A stretch of DNA of 64,000 bases, from NCBI GenBank assembly GCA_036626005.1, contig JAZKSP010000001.1, forward strand, positions 1,344-65,343. Reading direction: 5' to 3'. Below the pieces are notes generated by a model. That model did not search any database. It was not told where the DNA came from and saw only the letters and a program-made list of their open reading frames with translations. This DNA is from Thermoplasmatota archaeon. Its GTDB lineage: Archaea > Thermoplasmatota > Thermoplasmata > Halarchaeoplasmatales > Halarchaeoplasmataceae. Shown here in pieces: positions 63,155 through 64,000 of the stretch. How positions within the stretch are numbered: the stretch's first letter is position 1; each line of letters opens with the position of its first letter. A program made the position numbers and the translations under genes.

Positions 63155-63523
63155 TCAAACTTCTTCTACCATGATCTTCTCAGCATCTTTCGCGTCTTTT
63201 AGTTTTTCCGCGTTCTCCACTTTTCCAACCACGTTGACGTCGCTAGCCGCCATTGGCTTATCTCCTGATGAAGCGGGTGTTGGACCGAAAAATATCGCCA
63301 AAGCTTCACCGCTCGGCCAATATCCTATCGTTCCCACTTCGACTTCCTGTTTAGCGGTCTCATCCAACCCCAACTTCAGACCTATAGAAAAATAGAATTC
63401 GTCGCCCCAGATTTGGAAGCCAGACTCGAAGGGTAGATTTTCTTTTATCTTCTCAGCGCACTCGGTATCTGTCAACTCACCTTCTAGTTCTACATCTCCC
63501 GCTTTAATCTTTATTTTAGTCAT
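63155..63523 (-). CDS. Cyclophilin-like-fold protein of unknown function
   Basis: ~120-aa pattern IKIKAGDVELEGEL.DTE...FESGFQIWGDEFYF...VGTIGYWPSGEALAIFFGPTP... as seen in the archaeal/bacterial cyclophilin-like family. The start was taken at the internal Met. Confidence 0.45.
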   Translation of the reverse strand: MTKIKIKAGDVELEGELTDTECAEKIKENLPFESGFQIWGDEFYFSIGLKLGLDETAKQEVEVGTIGYWPSGEALAIFFGPTPASSGDKPMAASDVNVVGKVENAEKLKDAKDAEKIMVEEV

Positions 63524-63812
63524 TATACCATCAAAATATAATAAGATATAGATTATCAACCTTTCGCTTTATCGAAGGTGTTGAGTTTTCCACCTTTTAA
63601 GTGGATAATATTTCTATTATTGCTGCTTGATTTCCAAATCACAGGGAAATTTTTAAATAAACCCGTTGCTGTCAACATCTAATTAATGACCCTGACAAGG
63701 TGGAATTTCCTAGAATATATGCGAAGGGTTAGTTACCCTGTTTTGTTTTTGAAAGATTTTGAGTTTTTGATGATAGAATCGAAATAATACACAAAAATTG
63801 AAGGTAATCAAC

Positions 63813-64000
63813 ATGAAAGAGATGAAGAAGGATGTTTTGGTAATCGGAGGAGGCATCTCAGGTGTACAGTCCGCTCTGGATCTCGCGGAGAAAGGTTACG
63901 AAGTCGTGATAGTTGACAGGAAACCAAGTATTGGAGGGAACATGGTAAAGCTGGATAAGACCTTCCCTACCGATGACTGTTCTATTTGTATCTCTGCGCC
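63813..64000 (+). CDS. HdrA-like FAD-dependent oxidoreductase, 5' fragment (runs off window end)
   Basis: [59 protein letters not shown] has a Rossmann GxGxxG followed by a Cys-rich segment, as in heterodisulfide reductase subunit A. Confidence 0.5.
   Translation, partial: MKEMKKDVLVIGGGISGVQSALDLAEKGYEVVIVDRKPSIGGNMVKLDKTFPTDDCSICISA

Overview
This 64-kb window reads as archaeal chromosome. It carries the conserved ftsZ-secE-spt5-rpl11 gene order, three tRNA genes (one, tRNA-Ala, with an apparent anticodon-loop intron), and Cdc48, Alba, an RPA-like protein and KsgA/Dim1. Base composition is AT-rich while the predicted proteins are strikingly acidic (runs of D/E). That combination, plus small tightly packed genes, suggests a salt-in halophile with low GC, such as Nanohaloarchaeota; this is an inference, not a computed result. 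Most of the window is housekeeping: TldD/PmbA, an M42 peptidase, GcvT plus Lpd, a BtuFCD-like uptake operon with cobO, two different glutamate dehydrogenases, AlaRS, FolD, NadE, MoaE, a P1B-type ATPase and a SucC-like gene. The stretches that stand out are listed below. (1) At 16.5-22.7 kb, two tandem paralogous ~1000-aa proteins each fuse a PEP-synthase/PPDK N-terminal ATP-grasp (PEP/pyruvate-binding) domain to signalling-type domains. The first has receiver(REC)-like domains. The second has a GAF-like N-terminus and a C-terminal minimal nucleotidyltransferase. The pair is flanked by the two gdh genes and a metallophosphoesterase. This is the best candidate for an undescribed sensor/regulator system. 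(2) At 26.1-35.2 kb, a SudBA/NfnAB pair sits divergent from an operon resembling Sporomusa-type Stn (NuoE-like, NuoF-like, NuoG::GltD fusion). That operon is preceded by a tandem triplication of a CxxC...CPxC zinc-ribbon module: two copies stand alone and the third is fused to NuoE. (3) A perfect 28-bp inverted repeat with an internal GAGGGG/CCCCTC hairpin sits at equivalent upstream positions of the M42 peptidase gene and tRNA-Gly. (4) Duplicated end-fragments and a shared hairpin motif lie around tRNA-Ala and tRNA-Cys. (5) The BtuD-like ABC ATPase carries a ~165-aa C-terminal Rossmann-like extension, and Spt5 has a ~150-aa N-terminal extension. No CRISPR array, transposase, integrase or rRNA was seen.
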